Source: Candidatus Hydrogenedentota bacterium (GTDB lineage Bacteria; Hydrogenedentota; Hydrogenedentia; Hydrogenedentales; SLHB01). Taken from it: DNA of 64,000 bases. Within the stretch, counting starts at the first letter, position 1, and every line of letters begins with the position of its first letter. Of the stretch, positions 8,126-18,351 are shown piece after piece. The position numbers were made by a program, and so were the translations under genes. The stretch is from contig BTWA01000001.1 in the NCBI GenBank assembly GCA_045863295.1, positions 244,337 through 308,336 on the forward strand, read 5' to 3'. The notes beneath the pieces are model-generated. The model was not told the origin of the DNA. It did not search any database and saw nothing but the letters and a program-made list of their open reading frames with translations.

Positions 8126-10528
8126 GTGAAGAGAAACGTGAATCTGGCAATCAGGGCCGCTCTGGTGTGTGCTGTCGCCGTAGGATGCATCACCCCCGCG
8201 GAGGCCTTTTATCCCTTCGGCTTTTTCAACGCCACGACAGGTGGCGAACTTCAAATCATCAAATGGCCGCTTGGGACGTTGGATCGGAATGGCAACGGGG
8301 ATGTGGACGGACCCGATGACGGCATCCTGTTGAATTTCGAGACTGGCAATGGGACCGACGGGTTTGACTCCACGGAGATAGCGAAGTTTTTGTCGGGATT
8401 GGAGGAGTGGGAGTTTATTTCGACCGCCTACATGGCATTTACCCGCGGCCAAGACATCGTCGACATTCAATCGCCCGCGATCGATCTATTTAACACGGTT
8501 ACGTTCGAATCGGCCGACGATGTTGATGGCGGATCGAGTGTGACCGGCGGCAGCTACGGCGTTACGGTAGTTTCCAACACCTTCGAGGACACCTTCTTCA
8601 CCGTTGGCAACATTACGTTTCCCATCTCGAGCGGGAAGATCATCGAAGCCGACAACATTGTGGCGGCAGTCGCGCGCGAGACCGAAAATACCGAATTCGA
8701 ATTCTTGAAGGGTCTGGGCGTCATTATGGGCGGCACCACAATCGGAATCGGATATAGTCCGCTCGACAACATCGATCCGACGCTCACGGTGAACGCGGGC
8801 CGCAACATTGAACTGCGCGTAGCAACGCTTCCCAATTTCCAGGGGCTGTTTCAGAATGTTGGCGTTACTTCCAGCATGTTGAACGATTTTTGCTTCTACG
8901 ATGACGGGAACAACATCTATATCGATTCCCACCAGGACGTTAGCCCTGACGACATTGCCGCGGTTACGTTTATGTACCCGCGCGCCAATGTTGACTTGCT
9001 TTTTTCGATCGAACAGCGCGCGCGCACTTATGCCATTGACGGATTTCCTTCGTTGCCGATAGCGGGCGGCCATATACTCGCGTGGTGCGATGCGGACAAC
9101 AATCCGGCGACGGCGCGGGTGCCTTGGATCGATACGTTGTCCGGGTTGTATTTTTCCGGCGACAACGATTCCTACCGCGGCCACTTTTCGCTGCATGGGC
9201 TGTTCAAGCAGGTGACGCTGGGCACCGGATTCGTGCCCACGCAAACGTACACGCCGACGTATGTGGTGAGCAATGAGGAATTTGATCCCATTGTATTCGG
9301 CGGCGACGAGCGCACGGTTTACGATACTACGCACGGCGGATTTAACGGGAATCCGCAATCCTATACCGGCCACGGTTTCGACAGCGGTTTCACGTCCGAA
9401 GTATTCAATGAAAATGGGAATCGTGTTGGCAATCTTGCGCAGAATCTTGGAGCGGGCACTCCGCTTGTCTATGACTTGACGCGCCGTTACGTGGTAAGCA
9501 CGGACAGCAACAAGAGTCTGGACACGATTCTTGCGCTGGGCCGTCCGATGTTCGGGACGGAAAGCAAGATTTGTCCGCTCAACGTTGCGGTTGCGGGTAT
9601 GGTTGGTCCCCGGTCGCACGAGACGGTCAATTTGCTGCGCGCGTTTCGCGACGATGTTCTGTTGAAGACGGGCGTTGGAGCATCGATGGTGGATGGGTAT
9701 TACCGGATGTCCCCCGCGATGGCCGCGTATCTTGTCGATCATCCGAATGTGTTGGCGGTGGTGCGGCTGGGAATTGGCGTGAGCAACTGGGTCATCGCGT
9801 ATGCGGAATGGATTCTGGCGATGACCGCGGGGCTGATGATCGTCTCCTTGTTGCGCCGTGCAAATCGCCGCCGTTTGGCTCGCGCGTCGGCCGCGGTTGC
9901 GGTGGCCCTGGGCGTTGCGGGTTCGGCAAATGCGATGCTGCTTCCGATGGACATTACGGACTATACGAAAGTGACGACGGACGTGGTTCAGGGCACGGTT
10001 TGTTCCGTGGAGAGCCGGTGGGCCGACGGCGGTACGCAGATTGTGACGGATGTTTCGATCCGGGTGGACGATGTGGTGAAAGGCCGTAGCAACAAGGGCA
10101 GCCAGTTACACATTCAGTTGCCGACGGGTCGCGTGGGTGCGATTGGGCGGACGTCGCCCAGTCTTCCTGAATTCAAGAAGGACGAGGAAGTTTTGCTGTT
10201 TCTGGATTGCCAGCCGAACGGCAACTATATGGTTTATGCGGGTATCGCGGGCAAGTATCTGGTGACGGAACTGGAAGGGCGCGAAGGCAAGTATGTGACG
10301 GCCGAGACGTTTGCGGCGCAGCGCCGGTTGTTCGCGGAGGCCGAGAAGATCTACCCGGAAGCGAAAGAGGCGCGGCTGGCGCGCGGCGAACGCGCCCCGA
10401 TGACGCGGCCGGTTTATGTGCCGTTGGACGCGCTGAAGGAGCACCTTCGCGAGATTGTGAACGAGTCTGACGAAGCGGGCACGACCGAATCCGCCAAAGC
10501 GCCGGAGACGGTTGCTTCGCTTCGATAA
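8126..10528 (+). CDS. Secreted protein (~800 aa): degenerate matrixin-like domain, internal CFI-box-like segment, TM, second signal-like peptide, C-terminal beta domain
   Basis: GTG start at 8126 after GAGGAG; signal ..CITPAEA; SGKIIEAD, IMGGTTIGIGYS, SSM, VSPDDIAAVTFMYP; LLRAFRDDVLLKT..VDGYYRMSP. Confidence 0.75.
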   Translation: MKRNVNLAIRAALVCAVAVGCITPAEAFYPFGFFNATTGGELQIIKWPLGTLDRNGNGDVDGPDDGILLNFETGNGTDGFDSTEIAKFLSGLEEWEFISTAYMAFTRGQDIVDIQSPAIDLFNTVTFESADDVDGGSSVTGGSYGVTVVSNTFEDTFFTVGNITFPISSGKIIEADNIVAAVARETENTEFEFLKGLGVIMGGTTIGIGYSPLDNIDPTLTVNAGRNIELRVATLPNFQGLFQNVGVTSSMLNDFCFYDDGNNIYIDSHQDVSPDDIAAVTFMYPRANVDLLFSIEQRARTYAIDGFPSLPIAGGHILAWCDADNNPATARVPWIDTLSGLYFSGDNDSYRGHFSLHGLFKQVTLGTGFVPTQTYTPTYVVSNEEFDPIVFGGDERTVYDTTHGGFNGNPQSYTGHGFDSGFTSEVFNENGNRVGNLAQNLGAGTPLVYDLTRRYVVSTDSNKSLDTILALGRPMFGTESKICPLNVAVAGMVGPRSHETVNLLRAFRDDVLLKTGVGASMVDGYYRMSPAMAAYLVDHPNVLAVVRLGIGVSNWVIAYAEWILAMTAGLMIVSLLRRANRRRLARASAAVAVALGVAGSANAMLLPMDITDYTKVTTDVVQGTVCSVESRWADGGTQIVTDVSIRVDDVVKGRSNKGSQLHIQLPTGRVGAIGRTSPSLPEFKKDEEVLLFLDCQPNGNYMVYAGIAGKYLVTELEGREGKYVTAETFAAQRRLFAEAEKIYPEAKEARLARGERAPMTRPVYVPLDALKEHLREIVNESDEAGTTESAKAPETVASLR

Positions 10529-10557
10529 TCCGAGATTTTTGAATTTCCGCCGCATTT

Positions 10558-10582
10558 CCCGCCCTTGGGGCGGGTTTTTTAT
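10558..10582 (+). terminator. Rho-independent terminator
   Basis: CCCGCCC-TTG-GGGCGGG-TTTTTTAT, 30 nt after the stop. Confidence 0.85.
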
Positions 10583-11128
10583 TGTTCACGGGGTGACTGG
10601 CTTGGTTTTTTGGGCGAACCCGGATGTTTCACGACAATGTGGGAATACCTGTGTATCTGGCGTCTTGGCCGAGCCCTGTCCAGACCAAAGTTGGGACCCT
10701 GTGCCTGTGAAATATCCTTCGCGGATGAAGCGTGCGCTATCCTGTGTGAGCATTTTCCATCGCGCACGGCACACGCGCGGTGAAAGATGCGGGCTAAGTT
10801 GAAGTGGCTCAGAAACTTGCGAATCTGGGTGGGGTTTGGCATCATACTTCGCGCCCCGAGTGGCTTGTGGGTTACAGTGGGTGGTCCGTCAACCTTTCCG
10901 TGTTGACCGTCGTTTCCGTTTGGGCCAAGGCCTGCCTTGCACCTTCTGGATTGGTGCATTGACGGCAGGCCGGGGCTGGAAGGGATTCCGGCCGTGGTCC
11001 CGATGGACCTGATTGGGCCGAGTTGGTGTTGAACAACGGGATGAACCGATCCCTCGCCCTGGCTGGTCCAACCCATTAAACACAACGGTCCGCCAATCCA
11101 GAACGTTGACGTATCCTGGCATTACGGA

Positions 11129-12064
11129 GTGGTTATGGTTCGCGGATTACTAATCAGACAGTCTTTCATGGCGCTGGATCTGGCGTTGGCGATCCTTGCG
11201 GCGGTGGTGCTATTCATGGTGACCGGCAAGCTGCTGGACAACGGACGGTTGTCTCCGGTTGACGCGACGGTGGATGAGGCATCGGCGGCGTATGAAGTGC
11301 CTATCTGGCAGGTTGGCGAACGTCCCGCTTACGACGGAATCGTGACCCAGGGATTGTTTGGGGATGCGGGCCGGACAGCGCAGAAAGATGCTCCGGCGGC
11401 ACCGCCGCCCGAGCCGACGGTGGACGTCGCACCGAGCACGTTGAAGCTTTTCGGCGCGGGCGGAGCTTCGCCGGAAGATCCGTTGGGTTTTGCCATTATC
11501 GAGAATGCGGCTGCGCGCACGCCGGAGGAGCGTTTGCAGACGTATTTTATCGGGCAGGAAGTGATGCCTCAGCTCAAGCTGCTGGAGGTGTATCACCGGA
11601 AGGTGATCCTGTTTGACGAGACGAAGAATCAGAAGCAGGAGTTGTCGATGGAAGGGGTGGGCAGCGGTCCTTCGGCCGCGACTGCGTTGGCGGCGAGCGG
11701 CCAGCCCGGGGCGCCCGCGGGAGCGGAGTTTACGCCGGGGATGGCTGTGTTGAGCAAGAACGAGGCGATGGCCGAGTTGAGCAAGTACGATTACAATCAG
11801 TTGATGAGCACGTTGAATCCGCAGATGCATACGGATGAGAACGGCAAGATCAATGGCATTACATCGGACAACATCAATGCGATTCCGTTGGCGCGGCGGA
11901 TCGGGCTGCAGAACGGGGACGTGATACAGTCCGTGAACGGGGTGAACATCGACAGCGAAGAGCGTCTGATCGAGATCTTTACCCGGTTTCAGAATTCCGA
12001 CAGTTTCCGGCTCGATGTGAATCGCGGCGGCCGATCGCAGAACGTTTCGTTTCGCTTGAACTGA
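11129..12064 (+). CDS. gspC: T2SS protein C (TM, HR domain, C-terminal PDZ)
   Basis: N-terminal TM; LKLFG..FAIIEN..Y.IGQ HR-like region; PDZ GLQNGDVIQSVNG; first gene of the gsp operon. Exact start uncertain. Confidence 0.8.
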   Translation: MVMVRGLLIRQSFMALDLALAILAAVVLFMVTGKLLDNGRLSPVDATVDEASAAYEVPIWQVGERPAYDGIVTQGLFGDAGRTAQKDAPAAPPPEPTVDVAPSTLKLFGAGGASPEDPLGFAIIENAAARTPEERLQTYFIGQEVMPQLKLLEVYHRKVILFDETKNQKQELSMEGVGSGPSAATALAASGQPGAPAGAEFTPGMAVLSKNEAMAELSKYDYNQLMSTLNPQMHTDENGKINGITSDNINAIPLARRIGLQNGDVIQSVNGVNIDSEERLIEIFTRFQNSDSFRLDVNRGGRSQNVSFRLN

Positions 12065-12126
12065 TTGGCGCGTCGGCGAATCGCGATTGAGCAAAACGCA
12101 AGGCAGGCAACAGGGGAGTAGCGGCG

Positions 12127-14805
12127 TTGTTGAAGGGGACTCGGACAGCGATAGTCGTGGTGTTTTCGACGACGGGCCTTTGGGCCTGGGCGAGCCCGGC
12201 GCAGATGATTTCGAACCGGGCCGCGCGCACGGCGAACGCGCCGATCGAGGCGGAACTCACCGCCAACCCGGAAGCCGTGGAAGCATTGCGCCAACAGAAC
12301 CAGTACGTTCCGAACCGGGGCCAGGGCGAATTGAAGCAATTGGCCCAAGGCGAGGCGGAAGCGCCGCAGCCCGATCCGAACGCGGTGATAGAGGCGAATG
12401 TGGAGCCGGCTCCCGATCCGAATGCGGAAGCGCCACCGCCGCCGCCGGAACCTTCAGGCATTCAGCCGGTGATTCCTGTGCGGCCGGCGCAGCCGGGGCC
12501 TCCGAATCGGGGTATTCGCGTGCCTTCTTCGGTGCCAGGCGGCCCGGCGGGCGCGCCTCCACCGGCACCGGGCGGCGAGGTGAAGATTACGGAGGGCGCG
12601 GACACGGTTTCGTTGGGCAACACGACGACCGAGCCGTTGCGCAACGACGGCGAACCGCAGGACAAGCCGCTGTATCTCGATTTCAACAATGCGCAATTGA
12701 GCGACGTGATTGAATCGATTGGGCGCATGTTGGGGAAGAATTTCGATATCGATCCGACGGTGGGTCAGCAGCCGGTGACCATTATTTCTCATCAGCGCAT
12801 TCCCGCGGAGTTGTTGTTGAATGTGCTTGAATCCATTTTGACGACGCGCGGCGCGCAGTTGGTGGAGAAGGCGGACGGCTACCTGATTCAAGTGAGGCCC
12901 GTGGGCGAAGACGCGGAGCACCACAAGTTCATTCACGAATCCACTTCGCTACCTGATGGCGACGACGGCAATTACTGGCACATTGTGCAGGTTCAGCATC
13001 AGCGTGCCGAGGAATTGGCGACGATCATCAGCAAGCTGGGATCGAAGTTTGCCACGGCGGATGTGTACGGCAAGACCAACACGTTGATTTTGCACGACAA
13101 CGCGGACGGCATCCGGAACATGCTGATGTTTTTGGAGAAGGTGGATCTGCCCGGGTACAACGAAGTGTTGGAGTATGTGCCGCTGGAATTTGCGCGCGCG
13201 GAAGTTGTGGCGACGCAGTTGCAGGAGATTCTGGTGTCGGCCTCCGGGGAGGCGGCGCCCGCGCCGACGGTTCCCGGGCAGCCGGTGCGTCCGCAGATTG
13301 TGCGGCCGACGACGGCGGGCGGGCGGAACATTGCGAACATCCCGCAGCAGAAGAATCAGACTATTGTTTCGGGCGATCCGTTGTCGATGCAGATTGTGCC
13401 TGACGAGCGGTTAAATGCGTTGATCATCAAGGCCTCCGAGCCGTTGGTGGAAGAGATTTACCGGCTTATTGAGAAGCTTGATCAACCGACTCCGCCGGAT
13501 GCGAATAACATGCATGTGGTGCATCTTCAATATGCGCGCGCGGAAGACGTGGAGGCGGCGCTGGGGGCGCTGCTCGGATCATCGCCGAGGCCGACCGGTG
13601 GCGGCGGTGGCGGCGGCGGCGGCGGTGCAGGCGGCGGGGGAGCCGGCGGTGGGGGCGGCGGTGCCGTGTCGTCGGGCGAAGTGCAGATTTTTGAAAAGAA
13701 CGTAACGATTACGCAGTTCGAGTCGACCAACTCGTTGATCATCATTGCTTCGCCCCAGGATTACGCGGTGATTCAGCAGGTGATCAGCAACATTGACATG
13801 CCGAAGCGGCAAGTGCATGTGGAGGCGGTCATTCTGGAAGTGGGCATCAATGACCGTTACCGGTTGTCGGTGGAAGCGGCGGAATTGACGGCGAACGACT
13901 ATTTCGCGTTGAACAACATTGTGAGTCTGGCCAACGTGCTGAACGATGGACCGCTTGCGGCCACGGAAGGCACGGATTCGCCGGTGTTTGCGGGCGGTAT
14001 AATTGACGGAACCACGGAGATTTCCATTCCCGACGGTGCGGGCGGATTCATCACGGAAGAAGTGCCCAATGTGCCGTTTTTGATGACGGCCTTGGAGAAC
14101 CTGACGGCGTTGGATGTGTTGTCGCGTCCGAGCGTGCTGATTGTGGATAACGAAGAGGCGAACATCGTGGTGGGTCAACAGGTGCCGTTTATCAGCGGCA
14201 ACCAGCGTTCGCTTGGCGACAGCGGCGGCACCAACGCGTTTGTGTTCAATACGATTCAGCGCGAGGACGTGGGTATCAAGATGAAGGTAACTCCGCAGAT
14301 CAGCGAGGGCGACTATGTGCTGATGGAGTTGGAGGTTGAGGTGTCGTCCACCGTGCCGAGCGACGTGGGTCTGGATCCGAACCTGGTGGGTCCGACGGTG
14401 CAATTGTCGCAGGTGACGAACCAGTTGGTGATCAAAGACGGCGCCACGGGCATTGTGGGCGGTTTGATTAGCGAGACGACGGACCGTTCGCGCCGGCAGA
14501 CGCCGGTTCTTGGCGATGTGCCGGTATTGGGTTGGCTGTTCAAGCGCAAGGACGATGTGCGGCGCAAGCGGAATTTGGTGGTGTTGGTGACGCCTCATAT
14601 TCTCAAGGAATACATCGATACGGAACGGCGGACGGAAATTCAGTTGGAAGAGATGCGCGAAGCGAACATGGACGTGTTTTTCGAAAAGGGCATCATCAAG
14701 AAGGTGCAGAAGAAGCACGACATGCGCAAGAATTTCCGGCCGACGATGACGGAAATCGATTCGATACAAAAGGAGCGCTTCACCGGTGCCAATCAGCCGC
14801 AGTAA
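12127..14805 (+). CDS. gspD: T2SS secretin D with Pro-rich N-terminal extension
   Basis: N0 LDFNNAQLSDVI; N-domain repeats (DERLNALII, STNSLII); QVHVEAVILEV; REDVGIKMKVTPQI; PVLGDVPVLGWLF. Confidence 0.93.
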   Translation: MLKGTRTAIVVVFSTTGLWAWASPAQMISNRAARTANAPIEAELTANPEAVEALRQQNQYVPNRGQGELKQLAQGEAEAPQPDPNAVIEANVEPAPDPNAEAPPPPPEPSGIQPVIPVRPAQPGPPNRGIRVPSSVPGGPAGAPPPAPGGEVKITEGADTVSLGNTTTEPLRNDGEPQDKPLYLDFNNAQLSDVIESIGRMLGKNFDIDPTVGQQPVTIISHQRIPAELLLNVLESILTTRGAQLVEKADGYLIQVRPVGEDAEHHKFIHESTSLPDGDDGNYWHIVQVQHQRAEELATIISKLGSKFATADVYGKTNTLILHDNADGIRNMLMFLEKVDLPGYNEVLEYVPLEFARAEVVATQLQEILVSASGEAAPAPTVPGQPVRPQIVRPTTAGGRNIANIPQQKNQTIVSGDPLSMQIVPDERLNALIIKASEPLVEEIYRLIEKLDQPTPPDANNMHVVHLQYARAEDVEAALGALLGSSPRPTGGGGGGGGGGAGGGGAGGGGGGAVSSGEVQIFEKNVTITQFESTNSLIIIASPQDYAVIQQVISNIDMPKRQVHVEAVILEVGINDRYRLSVEAAELTANDYFALNNIVSLANVLNDGPLAATEGTDSPVFAGGIIDGTTEISIPDGAGGFITEEVPNVPFLMTALENLTALDVLSRPSVLIVDNEEANIVVGQQVPFISGNQRSLGDSGGTNAFVFNTIQREDVGIKMKVTPQISEGDYVLMELEVEVSSTVPSDVGLDPNLVGPTVQLSQVTNQLVIKDGATGIVGGLISETTDRSRRQTPVLGDVPVLGWLFKRKDDVRRKRNLVVLVTPHILKEYIDTERRTEIQLEEMREANMDVFFEKGIIKKVQKKHDMRKNFRPTMTEIDSIQKERFTGANQPQ

Positions 14806-14837
14806 CCGCGCCGGGACTTGTCCGGGAGACACTGGTC

Positions 14838-16577
14838 ATGCTGGCTAGCGCACGAGGCACGCTGTTGGGCGAGATCTTGTTCCGCTTGGGGCATGTTCAT
14901 GCGGAGCAGATCGACGAAGCGCTTGAGTTGCAGCGTATCCGGCCGAAGCGCATTGGCGAGATTCTGACCGATCTGGGTTATGTCGAGGAAGACCATGTCC
15001 TGGAGGCGTTGAGCGAGCAGTTTGGCATCCCTTTCGACAACGACGTGAAGAACACGATCGATTCTTCGCTGACGACGAAAGTGCCGATTAATTTCATTCG
15101 CGAATACCAGATGGTGCCGTACAAGCGCAACGGCGCGTGCATCTACGTGGCGATACACGATCCGATGAACCTGCTTCCCCTGGAGGACCTGCGGCTGCTT
15201 CTGGACAGCCCGGTTCAGCCGGTGCTTTGCCGGAAAGAGGCCATTCAGAGCGTGCTCGATTCGTATTTCGATCAGCAGGGCGAGAATGCGGGCGATATGA
15301 TCGACAACATCGTGCTCACGGGCGATGAGGACAGCGACGTGCCGACGCTGGAAGATCTTTCCACGGACCGCGACCTGCTGGATCTTGCAAACGAAGCGCC
15401 TATCATCAAATTAATCAACCTGTTGATTTCCGGGGCCGTGCGCGAGCGGGCGTCGGATATTCACATCGAGCCGTTTGAGCGCGAGGTTCGCGTGCGGTAC
15501 CGGATCGACGGTGTGTTGTACGAGAAGTACTCCGTGCCGAAGTCGCAGCAGGCGGCCATTGTCTCCCGCGTCAAGATCATGGCGAACTTGAATATTGCGG
15601 AGCACCGGCTTCCGCAGGACGGGCGCATCAAGATCCGGCTGAGCGGCAAGGAGATCGACATTCGCGTGTCGATCATTCCGATTGCACACGGCGAGCGTGT
15701 CGTGATGCGCATTTTGGAGAAGGGCACGTTTCTGATTGGGTTGGAAGAATTGGGCATGGATGCCCACGATTACAACCAGATCGACAAGTTGATTCGCAGT
15801 TCTCACGGTATACTTCTGGTGACGGGCCCGACGGGATCTGGAAAATCGACGACGCTGTATGCGTCGTTGCAGCGGGTGAATTCGCCGGACAAAAACATCA
15901 TAACCGTGGAAGATCCGATTGAATACCAGATGACGGGGATAGGGCAGATCCAGGTGCGGCCCAAGATCGGGCTGACGTTCGCGGCCGGGTTGCGGAGCAT
16001 TCTTCGCCAGGACCCGGATGTGATTCTGGTTGGCGAAATCCGCGATTTGGAGACGGCCGACATGGCCATTCAGGCATCGTTGACCGGGCACCTGGTGTTT
16101 TCCACGTTGCATACCAACGACAGTGCGGGCGCGATAACGCGGCTTGTGAACATGGGTATTGAACCGTTTTTGGTGACTTCGTCGACGATTGCGATATTGG
16201 CGCAACGGTTGGTTCGCCGCATATGTCCGAGTTGCCGCGAGGAATATACGCCGGAACCGGAGAGCCTGATCGAACTTGGCGTTCCTCCGCACAAGGTTGT
16301 GGGGTTGAGCGCGTTTCGGGGCACGGGATGCGACAAGTGCCAAGGCCGGGGCTATTTTGGGCGAACGGGGATATTTGAGTTGTTGGTGATGACGCCCGAG
16401 GTGCAGGAAATGACCCTGAAAGGGTACGACTCCAACCTGATCAAGAAGGAGGCCCGCAAGCAGGGCATGCGCACATTGCGCGAAGACGGCGCGGTCAAAG
16501 TGTTTAACGGACACTCCACCATCGAGGAAGTCATGCGCGTGACGCGCGACGATATTCTGATGGAATTGGTGGATTAG
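14838..16577 (+). CDS. gspE: T2SS ATPase E
   Basis: MshEN-like N-terminus; RASDIHIEP; Walker A GPTGSGKS; LRQDPDVILVGEIRD; tetra-Cys CPSC..CDKC. Start set at ATG 14838. Confidence 0.93.
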   Translation: MLASARGTLLGEILFRLGHVHAEQIDEALELQRIRPKRIGEILTDLGYVEEDHVLEALSEQFGIPFDNDVKNTIDSSLTTKVPINFIREYQMVPYKRNGACIYVAIHDPMNLLPLEDLRLLLDSPVQPVLCRKEAIQSVLDSYFDQQGENAGDMIDNIVLTGDEDSDVPTLEDLSTDRDLLDLANEAPIIKLINLLISGAVRERASDIHIEPFEREVRVRYRIDGVLYEKYSVPKSQQAAIVSRVKIMANLNIAEHRLPQDGRIKIRLSGKEIDIRVSIIPIAHGERVVMRILEKGTFLIGLEELGMDAHDYNQIDKLIRSSHGILLVTGPTGSGKSTTLYASLQRVNSPDKNIITVEDPIEYQMTGIGQIQVRPKIGLTFAAGLRSILRQDPDVILVGEIRDLETADMAIQASLTGHLVFSTLHTNDSAGAITRLVNMGIEPFLVTSSTIAILAQRLVRRICPSCREEYTPEPESLIELGVPPHKVVGLSAFRGTGCDKCQGRGYFGRTGIFELLVMTPEVQEMTLKGYDSNLIKKEARKQGMRTLREDGAVKVFNGHSTIEEVMRVTRDDILMELVD

Positions 16578-16592
16578 CGGGGCTCACAGGCC

Positions 16593-17819
16593 ATGGCGGT
16601 TTTCGAATACCAGGCGCTCGCGAAGAACGGCAAGACCGTGAAAGGGATCATCGATGCCGATTCTCCCGTCGCGGCGCGCCGCAAATTGCGCGATCAGGAG
16701 CTTTTTCCGACGCAGTTGATCGAGACGTTTGCGAAGGGCGGCGCGGAAGCGCAGGCGCAGGAGAAGGGCGGTAGCGTCTTTACGCGCGTGTCGCAGCGCG
16801 ATATTGCGATGATGACGCGTCAGGTAGCGGTTCTGTTGCAGGCGGGGATGCCGCTGGTGGAAGCGATGAGCGCGTTGATGCAGCAAACGTCCAACTCGCG
16901 GCTGCGGAAGATCATCTTCGATGCGCGCGATCGGGTGAACGAAGGCGTCACGTTGGCGGATGCGCTGGAACCGCACAAGCGCGTGTTCAGCGAGCTTTAC
17001 CGGAACATGGTCCGGGCGGGCGAGCAGAGCGGTGCGTTGGAGCAGGTGTTGTTCCGTCTCGCGGACATTACCGAACGTCAGGTGAAGCTGAAGAACAAAG
17101 TGACTTCGCTGCTGGCGTATCCGATTCTCATGCTGCTGGTGGGTTTGGGTGTGATTGTTTTCCTGATGATGGTGATTGTGCCCAAGATCACCGAGATATT
17201 CGCCAAGCAGAAGCAGGAATTGCCTTTCGTCACGAAGGCGTTGATAGGAACGTGCAACTTTATCGGCGATTGGTGGTTTGTGATTTTGCTTGCGATCGCG
17301 GCGGCGTTCGTTGCGTGGCGGATTTGGGTATCGAAAGATGCCGGCCGCAGACGCTGGGATCGGATCAAGCTCCGGCTGCCGCTCTTCGGACCGCTGTACA
17401 TCAAGATGATTTGCGTACGATTCGCACGCACGCTGGGCACGATGCTTGAAAGCGGCCTGGTCATGATCAAGGCGCTCGAAGTGGTGAAGACGGTCGTCCA
17501 GAACCGGGTCATTGAAGAAGGCATGGACGAAGTGAAGAGCAGCGTTCGGCGCGGGCGGGATTTGTCGATTCCGTTGAAGGAAATGGGCCATTTCCCGCCG
17601 ATGTTGATACACATGGTGGAATTGGGCGAGCGCAGCGGCGAAATGGAGTCCATGCTTATCAAGGTGGCGGAGACCTACGAGGAAGATGTGGAATTGACGA
17701 TCAACGGGCTGGTGAGCCTGTTGGAGCCTGTCATCATCCTTGTAATGGGTTTATTTGTCGGGTTTTTGGTGATGTCGATCCTGATGCCCATCCTCAGCAT
17801 GGGCAGCGGGATGCGATAA
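16593..17819 (+). CDS. gspF: T2SS inner membrane platform protein F
   Basis: MAVFEYQAL; NMVRAGEQSGALE; GERSGEMESML; LLEPVII. Confidence 0.93.
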   Translation: MAVFEYQALAKNGKTVKGIIDADSPVAARRKLRDQELFPTQLIETFAKGGAEAQAQEKGGSVFTRVSQRDIAMMTRQVAVLLQAGMPLVEAMSALMQQTSNSRLRKIIFDARDRVNEGVTLADALEPHKRVFSELYRNMVRAGEQSGALEQVLFRLADITERQVKLKNKVTSLLAYPILMLLVGLGVIVFLMMVIVPKITEIFAKQKQELPFVTKALIGTCNFIGDWWFVILLAIAAAFVAWRIWVSKDAGRRRWDRIKLRLPLFGPLYIKMICVRFARTLGTMLESGLVMIKALEVVKTVVQNRVIEEGMDEVKSSVRRGRDLSIPLKEMGHFPPMLIHMVELGERSGEMESMLIKVAETYEEDVELTINGLVSLLEPVIILVMGLFVGFLVMSILMPILSMGSGMR

Positions 17820-17900
17820 TACGAGTAGAGCGAAGTATTCCGGCGTTTCCGGATAGTACGCCCGGATGCCGGTGGACAGGACAACAAGGAGAGCCGTGCC

Positions 17901-18341
17901 ATGAAAGAACAGAAGCGGGCACATGTACGTCACAATGCGGGTTTCACGCTCATGGAACTCATGATCGTAATTGTGATTCTTGGGATGCTGGCCGCCGTCG
18001 TCGTGCCCAACATGCTGGGGATTGCGGATCAAGGCAAGGTTACGGCGGCGAAGGCCCAGATCCATTCGTTTCGCCAGGCGCTGACGATGTACAAGCTGGA
18101 GATGAGCAAGTTGCCGACGTCGGCCGAAGGCCTGGATGCCCTCATCAGCAACGGCAAAAAGAATTTTCTCGATCAGGAGGCGCTTCCGTTGGATCCGTGG
18201 GGCAATCCGTATGTGTACCGTTGCCCCGGGTCGGATGGCCGCGATTACGAGATCATGAGTTACGGCGAAGACGGTGTCGAGGGCGGATCTGACTACGCGG
18301 CGGACATCAAGAGTTGGCTCTTGGGCGAAAAAGAGACGTGA
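17901..18341 (+). CDS. gspG: T2SS major pseudopilin G
   Basis: G|FTLMELMIVIVILGMLAA; DPWGNPYVY..PG; SYGEDGVEGG..ADI. Confidence 0.95.
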   Translation: MKEQKRAHVRHNAGFTLMELMIVIVILGMLAAVVVPNMLGIADQGKVTAAKAQIHSFRQALTMYKLEMSKLPTSAEGLDALISNGKKNFLDQEALPLDPWGNPYVYRCPGSDGRDYEIMSYGEDGVEGGSDYAADIKSWLLGEKET

Positions 18342-18351
18342 GCACATCGTA

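Noticed and set aside
10800..11128. sigma54 promoter or c-di-GMP riboswitch upstream of gspC
   Set aside because: TGGCAT..TTCGC has the wrong GG-GC spacing, and no GEMM-type motifs were recognised.
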